DNA of 64,000 bases from Longimicrobiales bacterium. GTDB lineage: Bacteria > Gemmatimonadota > Gemmatimonadetes > Longimicrobiales > Gaopeijiaceae. Below are positions 11,581-22,872 of this stretch, piece by piece. The stretch is taken from the NCBI GenBank assembly GCA_965202985.1, contig CBDBCF010000001.1, positions 896,001 through 960,000 of the forward strand. The letters are read 5' to 3'. The position numbers and the translations under genes are program-made. How positions within the stretch are numbered: position 1 is the first letter of the stretch; each line of letters opens with the position of its first letter. The notes beneath the pieces are model-generated. The model did no database searches. It saw only the letters and a list, made by a program, of their open reading frames with translations, and was not told where the DNA came from.

Positions 11581-11934
11581 TCAGTCCACCTTGATCTCGA
11601 CGTCGACGCCGGCGGGAAGGTCCAGCTTGGTCAGCGCGTCGATGGTCTGGGGCCGGCTCTCGATGATGTCGATGAGGCGCTTGTGGGTGCGCAGCTCGAA
11701 CTGCTCGCGGCTCTTCTTGTCGATGTGGGGCGAACGCAGGACGGTCCACCGCTGCCGACGGGTGGGAAGGGGGATCGGGCCCACGATCTTGGCGCCGGTC
11801 TTTTGGGCGGTGCGCACGATGTCGGCCGCCGTCTGGTCGACTACCCAGTGGTCGAACGCCTTCAACCGAATGCGAATCCGGTTGGCGGCGCGCGCCCGTT
11901 TCCGGGCGGGCTTGGCGGCGGCTCGAGCGGACAT
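11581..11934 (-). CDS. rpsJ: 30S ribosomal protein S10 with basic N-terminal extension
   Basis: [31 protein letters not shown]. Confidence 0.97.
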   Translation of the reverse strand: MSARAAAKPARKRARAANRIRIRLKAFDHWVVDQTAADIVRTAQKTGAKIVGPIPLPTRRQRWTVLRSPHIDKKSREQFELRTHKRLIDIIESRPQTIDALTKLDLPAGVDVEIKVD

Positions 11935-11947
11935 GTCGGGCTGCGCG

Positions 11948-13138
<1,191 letters not shown>

Positions 13139-13163
13139 CCGTCTGGATGGAAACGAGCATAGG

Positions 13164-13192
13164 AAGGTAACCAAGTTTTCCGAAGGCGCCAA
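13164..13192 (-). promoter_or_regulatory. Candidate sigma70 promoter for tuf-S10
   Basis: TTGGCG-17bp-TACCTT on the minus strand, 25 nt upstream of the tuf ATG; same -10 hexamer as the nrdJ candidate promoter. Confidence 0.5.
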
Positions 13193-13323
13193 CCCCGTGC
13201 CGGGCAACCCTTTCGCCGAGGTCGCCCGCGGGCGCAGCGGACGCCGGGCGGAACGAGCGTCGTGGGCGCAGCGGGTCGCGACCTGCACGGGGGCAATTCG
13301 CGGGCGGGACGGGGCGGGGACGA

Positions 13324-13396
13324 AGCTGGCGCGGGGACTCGAACCCCGGACCTGCTGATTACAAATCAGCTGCTCTGCCGACTGAGCTACGCCAGC
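13324..13396 (-). tRNA. tRNA-Thr(UGU), CCA not encoded
   Basis: GCTGGCG acceptor stem, TAGCTCAG D arm, CTGAT-TTTGTAA-region anticodon arm with TGT, GGTTCGAGTCC T arm; 73 nt. Confidence 0.97.
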
Positions 13397-13448
13397 GCCG
13401 ACGTCTCGAAAGGTGGCGGAGGGACTCGTTCTGTGGAAGGGTTCGCGG

Positions 13449-14894
13449 TCAGCCGGCGGGTCGGATGCGGCTCCACCGCGTCCCTTCGGGCGTGTCCTCC
13501 AGTCGCACGCCCATGGCCGCCAGTTCGTCCCGGAGGCGGTCGGCGGCGGCGAAGTCCCGGGCGGCCCGAGCTTGGTCGCGGGCCTCCACCAAGCCGCGCA
13601 CCTTCTCCTCCGCCTGGCCCTCGTCCGCGCGCGCTTGCTCGGCCAAGTCCAGCACGCCCAGGACGTCGTCCATTTCGGCAAGGGCGCCCAGCACCGCCTT
13701 CTTGGCGGCCGCGGTCACGCCGTGCGGCGCTTGGTCGAGAGCGGCGTGGGTCTCTCGCACCAGCCCCCAGAGCGCGGCCAGGGCTTGGGGCACGTTCAGG
13801 TCCTGGTCGAGCGCCTCTCCGAAGGCGGCCAGGTGGGCCCGAGCTGCGTCGGCCAAGCCTTGGGCCGCCGAGCGGCGCGCCGCTTCCGAGGTCGGGTGGC
13901 GGGTGGCGCGGCGGCGGAAGTCCAGGAGGCGCTGGACCGAGACCGAGGCCTCCTTCAGGCCGACAGCGGTGAAGTTGAGCTCGTTCCGATAGTGGGCGGA
14001 GAGAAGAACCCAGCGCAGCGCCGCGGGTTCCGCTCCTTGGGCCACGAGCTCGCGGACGGTGCGGATGTTGCCCAGCGACTTGGACATCTTCCGGCCCTCG
14101 ACTTTGAGGTGCTTGACGTGGAGCCAGAAGCGAACGAAGGGCTGGCCCGTGGCCCCTTCCGACTGGGCGATCTCGTTCTCGTGGTGGGGGAACAACAGGT
14201 CCTCGCCCCCCAGGTGGATGTCGATCGTGGGACCCAGGAGGGCCGCCGCCATGACCGAGCACTCCAGGTGCCAGCCGGGGCGGCCGGGTCCCCAGGGAGA
14301 GTCCCAAACGGCGCCGGCCTGGCGGTCTTCGGCCCGGGCCGCCTTCCAGAGCACGAAATCGCGGTCGTCGCGCTTGCCTTCGGCCGCCTCGACCCGCGAT
14401 CGGGCTTCGGCTTCGTCGTCTCGACCGCCGGAGAGCCGCCCGTACCGCGCGAAGGACGGGACCGAGTAGTAGACGGAGCCGTCGGGCGCGGCGTAGGCGT
14501 GTCCCTGCTCCACCAGCCGCTCGACGAACGCCGCCATCTCGGGCACGAACGACGTGGCGTGGGGGTGCTGGGAGAAGGGAAGGAGGCCCAGGGTGCGGGC
14601 GTCGTCGAGGAACGCTTCGACGAAGGGTGCGGTGTGCTCGTTCAGGGACGCGCCCGCGGCCACGGCGCCCGCGATCGTCTTGTCGTCGACGTCGGTGAAG
14701 TTCACGACGAACTCGACGGCGTGGCCGCGGCTCCGCAGGTGTCGATGGAGGAGGTCGTAGACCAGGAAGCTGCGGAAGTTGCCCACGTGGGCGAAGTCGT
14801 AGACGGTCGGGCCGCAGCCGTAGACGGTGACGCGGCCCGGGTCCTGCGGCTGGAAGGCGACGGCCTCCCGCCGAAGCGAGTCGTAGAGGTTCAT
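13449..14894 (-). CDS. cysS: Cysteine--tRNA ligase
   Basis: [32 protein letters not shown]. Confidence 0.98.
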   Translation of the reverse strand: MNLYDSLRREAVAFQPQDPGRVTVYGCGPTVYDFAHVGNFRSFLVYDLLHRHLRSRGHAVEFVVNFTDVDDKTIAGAVAAGASLNEHTAPFVEAFLDDARTLGLLPFSQHPHATSFVPEMAAFVERLVEQGHAYAAPDGSVYYSVPSFARYGRLSGGRDDEAEARSRVEAAEGKRDDRDFVLWKAARAEDRQAGAVWDSPWGPGRPGWHLECSVMAAALLGPTIDIHLGGEDLLFPHHENEIAQSEGATGQPFVRFWLHVKHLKVEGRKMSKSLGNIRTVRELVAQGAEPAALRWVLLSAHYRNELNFTAVGLKEASVSVQRLLDFRRRATRHPTSEAARRSAAQGLADAARAHLAAFGEALDQDLNVPQALAALWGLVRETHAALDQAPHGVTAAAKKAVLGALAEMDDVLGVLDLAEQARADEGQAEEKVRGLVEARDQARAARDFAAADRLRDELAAMGVRLEDTPEGTRWSRIRPAG

Positions 14895-15709
14895 GGAGGA
14901 GACGGGACGGCGGCATGTTCCGATGAGACGCGGCGGAGGACGGCGACCGGGTCCGGGGCGTCGGTGACCATGCGTCCGGCGACGATGCGCGTGGCGCCGG
15001 CGTGGAACGCTTCGGACGGGGTACGGGTGCGGCGCTGGTCGTGGACGGCGCCGCCGGGCAGGCGAATTCCCGGCGTGACGATCTCGGCGCCGGGTGGGAG
15101 GACGCGCCGGGCAAGAGCGGCCTCCGCGGCGGAGCAGACGACGCCGTGCAGTCCCGCGTCCCGGACCGACACCGCCAGGCGCGCGACCTCTGCCTCCATG
15201 TCGGTTACGGGGCGTCCCAGCACGGCCTCGAGGGCGGGGCCGTCCAGGGAGGTGAGGACGGTTACGCCCAGCACGGCCAAGCCGGGGGGCGCGGCCTCCA
15301 CGGCGGCGGCGAGCATGGCGGGGCCGCCCATGGCGTGGACCGTGAGGAGCGATGCGCCCAGCTCGCCGGCGCGGGCCGCGGCGCCGGCCACCGTGCGAGG
15401 GATGTCGTGAAGCTTCAGGTCGAGGAAGACGGCCTTGCCGCGCTTCCGCAGGGCTTCCACGACGCCGGGACCGCCCGCCGTGTACAGCTCCAGGCCCACC
15501 TTGTAGAAGGCGCAGGCGTCGCCCAGCCGGTCCACCAGAGCCAGCGCGGGTGCGGGCGCGGGCAGGTCCAGGGCGACTACGACGCGGCCGGTTGGGGGCG
15601 GGGCTGGATCGAACGGCGACGGTTCTTGCTCGGCCGCGGACGACGTTTGCCCGACCGCTGGCGGCGTTTGCCGGGCCGGGGGCGGCGAATGGGGGCCGGG
15701 CGTCTTCAC
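14891..15709 (-). CDS. pyrF: Orotidine-5'-phosphate decarboxylase (Pro-rich N-terminal extension, start uncertain)
   Basis: VALD, KVGLEL, DLKLHDIPRTV, TPGIR. Confidence 0.95.
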   Translation of the reverse strand: MKTPGPHSPPPARQTPPAVGQTSSAAEQEPSPFDPAPPPTGRVVVALDLPAPAPALALVDRLGDACAFYKVGLELYTAGGPGVVEALRKRGKAVFLDLKLHDIPRTVAGAAARAGELGASLLTVHAMGGPAMLAAAVEAAPPGLAVLGVTVLTSLDGPALEAVLGRPVTDMEAEVARLAVSVRDAGLHGVVCSAAEAALARRVLPPGAEIVTPGIRLPGGAVHDQRRTRTPSEAFHAGATRIVAGRMVTDAPDPVAVLRRVSSEHAAVPSPP

Positions 15710-16608
15710 GGGCGCCGCTTCAGGTCGCGCGCCACCTTGGCGGCGCAGCGGGGGTCCGCGAACGAGCCGGTGCCGACCTGCACCAGCGACGCTCCGGCGT
15801 CCAGGTAGGCCCGCGCTCCGGCAGCGGAGAGGATGCCGCCCACGCCCACCACGGGCACGTCCACCGACTGCGCGATCGACCGGACCGCGGCCAAGCCCGC
15901 GGGAAAGAGCGCGGGGCCGCTGACGCCGCCGGGGCCCGCGCCCAGCCTGGGCCCGCCGCCGACGCCGGGCAGATATCCGGGCAGGGTGTTCACGGCGGTG
16001 ATCCCGTCGGCGCCGTGCTGGACGGCCCGGTCCGCGGTGGCGGCCACGTCGGGGTCGTGGGGCGCCAGCTTTGCCAGAAGGGGGCGCGAGGTCAGGGGTC
16101 GCACGCGGTCCAGCACTTCGGCCAGCGCCGCGGGCTCCAGGCAGAAGGGCTTGCCGCCCCGGCTCGCGTCGTTCGGGCAGGACAAGTTCAGCTCGAATCC
16201 CAGGAAGCCGCCTTCCTCTTCCAGCCCGGCCACGACCGTCGCGTATTCGTCCGGGGTGCGTCCCGCCACCGAGAAGAGGATCTGCGCGCCGGCCCAGTGG
16301 CGGGCCATCCAGGGCATCTTGTCTCTGCGAACGGCGTCCAGGCCGGGGTTGGCCAGCCCCACCGAGTTCAGCATGCCCTCGGGGTACTCGGCGACTCGGG
16401 GCGCGGGGTTTCCGGGACGGGGCTCCATGGTCACGGACTTGGTGACCAAGCCCCCGACTTCTCCCGGCGACAGGACGCCGACCACCGGTTCGCCGAAGCC
16501 CGCGGTCCCCGAGGCCAGAAGGACCGGGTTCCCGAAGACGGCGCCGAAGACGCGGACTGCCTCGGGCGCGCGGACGGGGCCGGGGCCGGAGTCGGCAGCG
16601 GCGCTCAT
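15706..16608 (-). CDS. pyrD: Dihydroorotate dehydrogenase, family 1
   Basis: ASGT, TKS, NSVGLANPG, ELNLSCPN, GGVSGP, GVGGI. Confidence 0.93.
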   Translation of the reverse strand: MSAAADSGPGPVRAPEAVRVFGAVFGNPVLLASGTAGFGEPVVGVLSPGEVGGLVTKSVTMEPRPGNPAPRVAEYPEGMLNSVGLANPGLDAVRRDKMPWMARHWAGAQILFSVAGRTPDEYATVVAGLEEEGGFLGFELNLSCPNDASRGGKPFCLEPAALAEVLDRVRPLTSRPLLAKLAPHDPDVAATADRAVQHGADGITAVNTLPGYLPGVGGGPRLGAGPGGVSGPALFPAGLAAVRSIAQSVDVPVVGVGGILSAAGARAYLDAGASLVQVGTGSFADPRCAAKVARDLKRRP

Positions 16609-17114
16609 GCGTCCTTCATGGCTCGTTCGGCTTCCCGTTGCTGCGTCTTGCGCTTCAGCTCTTCTCTCTTGTCGCGATGCTTCTTGCCGCGACAAAGGCC
16701 GAGGGTGATCCGGGCGCGCCCCCGTCGAAAGTACAGATCGAGCGGCACCAGGGTCAGTCCCTTTTCTTCCGCCTTGGCCACGATCCGTCGGATTTGGTCC
16801 TTGCGAAGGAGCAGCTTGCGGGGCCGGGTCTCGTCGTGGTTCCAACGGTTGGCGGACTCGTAGGGCGCGACGTGAAGGTTGTGCAGCCACAGCTCGCCCG
16901 AGTCGGCGCGGGCGTGGGCGTCGTGGAAGGCGACGGCGCCGGCGCGGATCGACTTCACCTCCGTGCCCATCAGAACCAAGCCGGCTTCCCACGTGTCCAG
17001 GACTTCGTATGCGTGGCGCGCTCTTCGGTTGCGGGCGACGACGCGACGGGGCTCGGCGGACGGCGGGGCCGAGCGCGATCCGGCCCGAGAGCGCGATGCC
17101 GGGCGGGCCGTCAA
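16605..17114 (-). CDS. smpB: SsrA-binding protein SmpB
   Basis: NRRARH.Y, GTEVKSIR, RKLLL, GKK.RDKRE; TTG start inferred from the overlap with the upstream stop. Confidence 0.95.
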   Translation of the reverse strand: MTARPASRSRAGSRSAPPSAEPRRVVARNRRARHAYEVLDTWEAGLVLMGTEVKSIRAGAVAFHDAHARADSGELWLHNLHVAPYESANRWNHDETRPRKLLLRKDQIRRIVAKAEEKGLTLVPLDLYFRRGRARITLGLCRGKKHRDKREELKRKTQQREAERAMKDA

Positions 17115-17794
17115 AAGACCAAGACCGGCGTGCCCACCTCCACCAGATGATAGAGCTCCCGCGCCGATTCGTTGGTGAGCCGGATGCAGCCGTGAGAGAC
17201 GCGCCGGCGCTCCGGGTCGGGGTCGAGGACGAGCGCGGGCCGATCGGTGCCGTGGATGGCGATGCCGTCTCCCAGGTAGATGGCCGTGTTGCCCATCGCC
17301 CCTGGGATTCGCCGGGACGGGTGGTTGTCCGCAGGGACGCCCAGGCGGCGCTCCACGAAGTACCAGTCGGGCGCGACCCAGACCGGGTCTTTCTCCTTTC
17401 GGCGCACGCGGAAAAGTCCCTTGGGGGTCGTGAACGTCCAGCGCTTGCCGCCGCCGGCCAGCCGAAAGCCAGTGCCCGTGGCGGCGGGGGCGGACCACAG
17501 GGAGCGGGACCCCTCCACGAGATGCACGCGGTTCGTGGCCAGGTGCACCAGCACGTAGGCGCCTTCCACGTCCAGAAGGGGCCACGCCGGGTCGGCGGCG
17601 TCGGCGGGCCGGACCGGGTCTCCCAAGAAGGCTGCCGGCGTCTGGGACTGGGCGCTCGCGCGCTCGACGGCAGGCGCGACAACGCAGCAGAACGCGACAA
17701 CACGGCAGACCAGGAGCGGCGCGGCCGTCGCGACGGCGAAGGGCGGCCTTGCCGGGCCGGGAGCGGAGCACGCCCGGGACCGGGCCGTATTCAC
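17111..17794 (-). CDS. L,D-transpeptidase (YkuD family), probably exported
   Basis: TPKG.F, IAIHGT, SHGCIRL motif; hydrophobic N-terminus. Confidence 0.9.
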   Translation of the reverse strand: MNTARSRACSAPGPARPPFAVATAAPLLVCRVVAFCCVVAPAVERASAQSQTPAAFLGDPVRPADAADPAWPLLDVEGAYVLVHLATNRVHLVEGSRSLWSAPAATGTGFRLAGGGKRWTFTTPKGLFRVRRKEKDPVWVAPDWYFVERRLGVPADNHPSRRIPGAMGNTAIYLGDGIAIHGTDRPALVLDPDPERRRVSHGCIRLTNESARELYHLVEVGTPVLVF

Positions 17795-18501
17795 CGAACT
17801 CCGGCGAGCGACTCCGGCGCCGGGGCGGCCGGCCGAGCCCCGTCGTCCATGGCGGCCTCTCGCGCCCGCCAGTCGGCCAAGAAGGCGTCCAAGCCGCTGC
17901 GCGTCAGGGGGTGGGCCATGCACTGCTCGAGGATCTTGAAGGGGCAGGTCGCAATGTGGGCACCGGCTAGGGCCGATTCCGCCACGTGGCGCGGGTGGCG
18001 AATCGACGCGGCCAAGATGCGCGTGTCGATCTCCGGGTCCTGTTCGAAGACGGCGGCGATCTCCCGGATCAGCTCCATGCCGTCCTGGGAGACGTCGTCC
18101 AGCCGGCCCACGAACGGCGACACCACGAACGCCCCGGCCACCGCGGCCAGCAGAGCTTGGTTGACGTTGAACACGAGCGTCACGTTGCAGCGGATCCCCT
18201 TCGCTCCCAAGCGCGACACCGCTTCCAGCCCGGCGGTCGTGGCCGGAACCTTGACGATCACGTTGGGGTGCCAAGCGGCGTACTCCGCGCCTTCCGAGAC
18301 CATGTCGTCCGCGTTTTCCGAGACCGTCTCGGCGCTGATCGGGCCGTCCACCAGCTCGGCGATGGTGCGGATCGTGTCCTCGAAGTTCGCCCCCGCTTCG
18401 CGGGCCATGAGGCTCGGGTTGGTCGTGACGCCGCTGAGGATGCCCCACCGGGCGGCTTCTCGTATCTCTCCCAGGTTCGCGGTGTCCAGGTAGATCTTCA
18501 C
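17791..18501 (-). CDS. tal: Transaldolase (TalC/FSA family)
   Basis: LDTAN, GVTTNPSL, VKVP Schiff-base Lys, SPFVGRLDD, AASIRHP. Confidence 0.92.
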   Translation of the reverse strand: MKIYLDTANLGEIREAARWGILSGVTTNPSLMAREAGANFEDTIRTIAELVDGPISAETVSENADDMVSEGAEYAAWHPNVIVKVPATTAGLEAVSRLGAKGIRCNVTLVFNVNQALLAAVAGAFVVSPFVGRLDDVSQDGMELIREIAAVFEQDPEIDTRILAASIRHPRHVAESALAGAHIATCPFKILEQCMAHPLTRSGLDAFLADWRAREAAMDDGARPAAPAPESLAGVR

Positions 18502-18986
18502 GGGGTTCCTCGAGGGGGGCTGGGGCTGGGCGCGGCGGGGGCTTCGGGGACGGGCGCGGGAACGGGGGCGGGGGCGAGAACCGACGCCGGAGAGCCTTCG
18601 CCGGGGTCGGTCGCGCCCTCGGTCGGCAGCCGCGAGGCCTGCCGGGCGGCCTCGATGCCGGCCCGGTACGCAGCCTTGGAACGCTGGAGCTTCTCTTCCA
18701 GCTCGCTCCGGGCGCCCGCCGCGATCTGTCGGCCCTGCTCGACCGCGTCCTTGGCCGACTCGACCCGGGCGCCCAGGTCGCCGCGGATGCCGCGGACCCG
18801 GTCCTCCGTCAGGTCCTTGATCCGGCGCGCTTGTTCACGCAGCCGCTGCTGGGTGTCTTCGCCCGACCCTGGGGCGAACAGGAGGGCCACGCCGGCCCCG
18901 ACCAGAGCGCCCAGCACGAACGCGCCGACCTCCGACCCCTTGTCCTTTTGGATGACGACCGTCCGCTGCTCGTCTCCCTCGCTCAT
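18498..18986 (-). CDS. YtxH-domain protein
   Basis: FVLGALVGAGVALLFAPGSGEDT signature followed by a helical region. Confidence 0.85.
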   Translation of the reverse strand: MSEGDEQRTVVIQKDKGSEVGAFVLGALVGAGVALLFAPGSGEDTQQRLREQARRIKDLTEDRVRGIRGDLGARVESAKDAVEQGRQIAAGARSELEEKLQRSKAAYRAGIEAARQASRLPTEGATDPGEGSPASVLAPAPVPAPVPEAPAAPSPSPPRGTP

Positions 18987-19099
18987 TCTTGGTCCTCCCT
19001 TCGGCTTCGGCGCGCCCATTTTGCGCGGGCGGCCCGGCGGGGCGCGGGCGCGCGCGGCGCCGACTCACGGGCCGAAACTGGCGAAAGCCGCGCCGCAGG

Positions 19100-20584
19100 T
19101 CAAACGCGCCAGCTGGGGGCGTCGAGGGGCGGGCGCGGAGTGGAGGGCGGACGGGGCGCTTGCGAAGGACGGGGCGCACCGGGCGCGCTTGCGGGGCGGG
19201 ACGCCTGGGCGCTCCGCTCGACGGCGGCGTCCTCGAGCATGAAGTCGCGGGTCAGGCGCTTGGCCAGCTCGACGCCGGGCTGGTCCAGGGGATCGACGCC
19301 GTAAAGGGCACCGGCGTACACCACCGCGATCTGGAGGAGCATGAACAGCGCTCCCAGGTTCCGGGCGTCCAGCCGGTCGGCCATGATCGTCATGTTGGGG
19401 CGGCCCGCGCGGCGGAGGGCTTCGGCCGTGGCTCGTCGCTCCGCGTCCAGGAGCTGAAAGAGGGTGCGGCCCGCCAAGTGGGAGAAAGCGGGGGCGCCCG
19501 AGATCGCTGCTGGGATCGGGACGTCCGCGCCGGGGTCCCGAAGGCCCAGGAACACCGCCACCTTGTCGCGAGGGCCTTCCATGAACAGCTGCAGCAGGGA
19601 GTGCTGGTCCCGCGCGCCCGAGGCCGGCAGAGGGGTGGGACCCGACTCGACGCGGGCGCCCCGGCGATCGCGGGCCTTGCCGAGCGATTCGGCCCAGAGC
19701 TGCTGGAACCAAGCGGCCAGGGCGCGCGCGCGGTCGGCGTAGGGCATGAACACGTGGATGGGGGCGTCCGCCTCGGTGGCCGCCGCGTGAAGGAGCACGG
19801 CCAGGACGCCCGCCGGGTTGGAGCCGAGTTCGGGGGTGGCGCAGCGGCGCGCCATCTCGTCCGCGCCGGCCAGCAAATCCGCCGCGTCGATGCCGGCCGC
19901 CGCCGCCGGAAAGGTTCCCGCCGGGGACAGCACGGAGAACCGGCCGCCCACGTTCTCGGGCACGGGAAGGGACGGCGCGCCCAGCTCGGCGGCGAGCTCG
20001 CGGAAGACGCCGCCCCCGTGGCCGGTGGTCAGCAGGATGTGGCGCTTGGCGGCGTCGGGGCCCAGGGCGTCCTCCAGGGCGCGGTGGATCACCAGGAAGT
20101 GGGCCAGGGTCTCGCTGGTGGCGCCGGACTTGCTGACGAAGTTGAAGAAGGTGCGGGACAGGTCCAGGCGGGCCATCAGAGCCGACACCGTGCGCGGGTC
20201 CGGGTTGTCCAGGACGTGGAGCCGCGGCCGGCCGCCGCGCTCATGGGGGTCCAGTTCGTTCCACGCCGGGGGAAGCAGCGCGTCGCGAAGGGCGCGGGCG
20301 CCCAGCGCCGAGCCGCCCATGCCGACCACGACCAGCGCGTCGCAACCGTCGAAGACGGCGGCCGCGGCCCTGTGGACCCGGTCGGCCAGGGCACGGTCGC
20401 GGGGCAGGCCGAAGAAGCCGATCTCGCCGGCCGCTCGTCGCGCCTCCACTTCTTCGAACGCCCGACGGAAGCGCCCGGCCAAGTCCCCCTTCAGCCGCGC
20501 GGGATCGACTCCTCCGCGGGGCAGGACGCCGGCCATCATGTTGCCGAAGTCCAGGACGGGCAGGTCCTGCGGGCGCGAACTCAG
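19100..20584 (-). CDS. pgi: Glucose-6-phosphate isomerase (start uncertain: CTG 20584 or ATG 20539)
   Basis: GMGGSALG, SKSGATSET, GGRFSVLS, QLWAESLGK, DQHS, DQPGVE. Confidence 0.93.
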   Translation of the reverse strand: MSSRPQDLPVLDFGNMMAGVLPRGGVDPARLKGDLAGRFRRAFEEVEARRAAGEIGFFGLPRDRALADRVHRAAAAVFDGCDALVVVGMGGSALGARALRDALLPPAWNELDPHERGGRPRLHVLDNPDPRTVSALMARLDLSRTFFNFVSKSGATSETLAHFLVIHRALEDALGPDAAKRHILLTTGHGGGVFRELAAELGAPSLPVPENVGGRFSVLSPAGTFPAAAAGIDAADLLAGADEMARRCATPELGSNPAGVLAVLLHAAATEADAPIHVFMPYADRARALAAWFQQLWAESLGKARDRRGARVESGPTPLPASGARDQHSLLQLFMEGPRDKVAVFLGLRDPGADVPIPAAISGAPAFSHLAGRTLFQLLDAERRATAEALRRAGRPNMTIMADRLDARNLGALFMLLQIAVVYAGALYGVDPLDQPGVELAKRLTRDFMLEDAAVERSAQASRPASAPGAPRPSQAPRPPSTPRPPLDAPSWRV

Positions 20585-21360
20585 TCCACCTCCACGGCCA
20601 GGCCGTCGTAGGCGGGCTCGATTCCGGGGGGAAGGGCCGCGGCCAGGTCGGCGTGGCGAAGGCGGTGGGTCATGTGGGTCAGGTAGGTGCGGTCGGCGCC
20701 GATCTCTTGGGCGGACGCCACGGCCTCCTCGACGTTGAAGTGCGTGGGGTGCGGGTCGCCCCACCACAGGGCGTTGAGAACCAGCACGGAGACGCCGTCC
20801 AAGATGCGGCGGGCCGGCGGCGGCAGGCTCTTGGCGTCGGTCACGTAGCCCAGTCGTCCGATCCGGAAGCCGAAGGCGTCGTCCAGGCCGTGGGGCACGC
20901 GAAAGGGTTCGACCCGCTCACCCAGGACGTAGACGGCGGCGCCCTCGGCGTAGGTCTGCAAGCGCAGGCGCGGCTTGGTGGTGCCCGGCGAGACGCGCGC
21001 CTGGTCGTGGAAGATGTACGGGAACCGGGCCGTCATCAGGTCCTTCAGGTCCTCGGGCACGTAGGTGGGAAGGGCGTTTCGGCCTCGGGTAGAGAAAACC
21101 CGCACGTCGTCGATGCCGTGGACGTGATCGGCGTGGAGGTGCGTGTACCAGACCGCGTCGACCGGGGGGGCGCCGCAGGCCAGCAGCTGAAGGCGCAGCT
21201 CGGGCGGCGTGTCCACGAGCAGGTTGCCGCCGTCCAGGGCCAGGAGCGCGCCGTGGCGGGTTCGGCGGTCCCTTGGGTCGTCGGACGTGCACGTTTCGCA
21301 CCGGCAGCCCAGCAGGGGCACGCCGTAGGACGTTCCCGTCCCCAGGAAGGTCAGGATCAG
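20581..21360 (-). CDS. MBL-fold metallo-hydrolase (PhnP-like)
   Basis: TFLGTGTSYGVP..GCRCETC, THLHADHVHG, YVTD, THMTH; probable CTG start. Confidence 0.9.
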   Translation of the reverse strand: MILTFLGTGTSYGVPLLGCRCETCTSDDPRDRRTRHGALLALDGGNLLVDTPPELRLQLLACGAPPVDAVWYTHLHADHVHGIDDVRVFSTRGRNALPTYVPEDLKDLMTARFPYIFHDQARVSPGTTKPRLRLQTYAEGAAVYVLGERVEPFRVPHGLDDAFGFRIGRLGYVTDAKSLPPPARRILDGVSVLVLNALWWGDPHPTHFNVEEAVASAQEIGADRTYLTHMTHRLRHADLAAALPPGIEPAYDGLAVEVD

Positions 21361-22796
21361 AGCTGCTCGATCCTCATGGTGTTGGTGGAGCCGGGGCTGT
21401 GGAAGGGCAGCCCCGACGTGACCACGACCGGGTCGCCGGCTTTGCCCAGCCCCGATTCCAGGACGACGCCCTTCCCGAAGTCGGTCAAGTTCTGGTAGTT
21501 GATCTCCTGCCCCTGGACCACGACGGGCTCCACCCCCCACACGCCGCACAGCTGCCGCTGCACCTTGGCCTCGGTGCACACGGTGATGATGGGGATCGGC
21601 GGGCGGTACGACGACACCAGCCGCGCCGAGAAGCCGCTCCGCGTGATGACGATGATCGCCGGTGCGCCCAAGTCGCGGGCGGACTCCACCGTGGACGCGG
21701 CCACCGCGTGCTCCACTCGCGAGGCCCCCCGGCGTTCCACGGGTCCCATGTGGCGCAGGTAGTGCGGCCCCTGCCGCATCGCGCCGCTGCTCTCGATCTC
21801 GGCTGCGATGCCGACCATGACCTCCACCGTCTTGACGGGGTGCTTCCCGACGGCCGTCTCTCCGGACAGCATGAGGGCATCGGTGCCGTCCAGGACGGCG
21901 TTGGCCACGTCGGAGGTCTCGGCGCGGGTGGGCCCCGGGTACTCGGTCATCGACTCGAGCATCTGCGTGGCGGTGATCACGGGCCGCCCGTAGCCGTTGG
22001 CCTTCTGGATGATCTGCTTCTGAGCCATCGGCACCGCCGCGAAGGGGAGCTCGACGCCCAGATCGCCCCGGGCCACCATGACGGCGTCGCACTCTGCCAG
22101 GATCTCGTCCAGGCAGTCCACGGCCTGCGCCTTCTCGATCTTGGCCACCAAGCACGCGCGTCCCTTCAGGTGATCCTTGCACTCCTTGACGTCCGCGGCC
22201 CGACGAACAAAGGAGAGCCCCACGTACTCCACGTCCTGTTCCAGAGCGAACTCCAAGTCGCGCAGGTCCTTGGGCGTGATGGAGGGCGTGTCGATCTCCA
22301 CGCCGGGCAAGTTGATCCCTTTGCGCGAATGGAGGACGCCTCCCCGAGCGACCTGGAACTCGGCGCGCACGGCGTCGCCGCCGGTGCACACCAGCTCGAT
22401 GAGCCCGTCGGCCAAGAGCATCCGCGTCCCGGGGCCGACCTCTCGGGCCAAGTCGGGGTAGGCGCTGGGGAGCTCGCCGCCGCGGTGGCGACCTTCCGGG
22501 GCCACCACGACCGTGGAGCCGTCCCGAAGGAAGACCGGTTCGTCCAGGTCGCCCATGCGGAGCTTGGGGCCTCGGAGATCGGCCATGACCGCGACGGGAC
22601 GCCCGGCGGCGCTCGCGGCCTCGCGGACCAGGCGGATGCTGCGCTCGTGAGTGCGCTGGCTGCCGTGGGACATGTTGATTCGGGCCATGTCAATGCCGGC
22701 GCGCACCAGCCCTGCGACGACCTGCGGATCGGTGCTTGCCGGTCCGATGGTGGCGACGACCTTCGTCTTGACCTTGGCGTTGGGCGCTACCTTCAT
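21357..22796 (-). CDS. pyk: Pyruvate kinase
   Basis: TKVVATIGPA, RINMSHG, AKIEK, MVARGDLGVE, ATQMLESM, MLSGETA. Confidence 0.97.
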   Translation of the reverse strand: MKVAPNAKVKTKVVATIGPASTDPQVVAGLVRAGIDMARINMSHGSQRTHERSIRLVREAASAAGRPVAVMADLRGPKLRMGDLDEPVFLRDGSTVVVAPEGRHRGGELPSAYPDLAREVGPGTRMLLADGLIELVCTGGDAVRAEFQVARGGVLHSRKGINLPGVEIDTPSITPKDLRDLEFALEQDVEYVGLSFVRRAADVKECKDHLKGRACLVAKIEKAQAVDCLDEILAECDAVMVARGDLGVELPFAAVPMAQKQIIQKANGYGRPVITATQMLESMTEYPGPTRAETSDVANAVLDGTDALMLSGETAVGKHPVKTVEVMVGIAAEIESSGAMRQGPHYLRHMGPVERRGASRVEHAVAASTVESARDLGAPAIIVITRSGFSARLVSSYRPPIPIITVCTEAKVQRQLCGVWGVEPVVVQGQEINYQNLTDFGKGVVLESGLGKAGDPVVVTSGLPFHSPGSTNTMRIEQL

Positions 22797-22872
22797 GACT
22801 CCAAAGCTACGCCGGCCCGCGGGCGCCCACAAAGCGCGCGATCTTCCTCGGGCCGCCCGCTCCTTAGCCCCG

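Noticed and set aside
16605..17114. tmRNA near smpB
   Set aside because: Flanking genes overlap smpB directly, leaving no room, and no ssrA-like ends were seen
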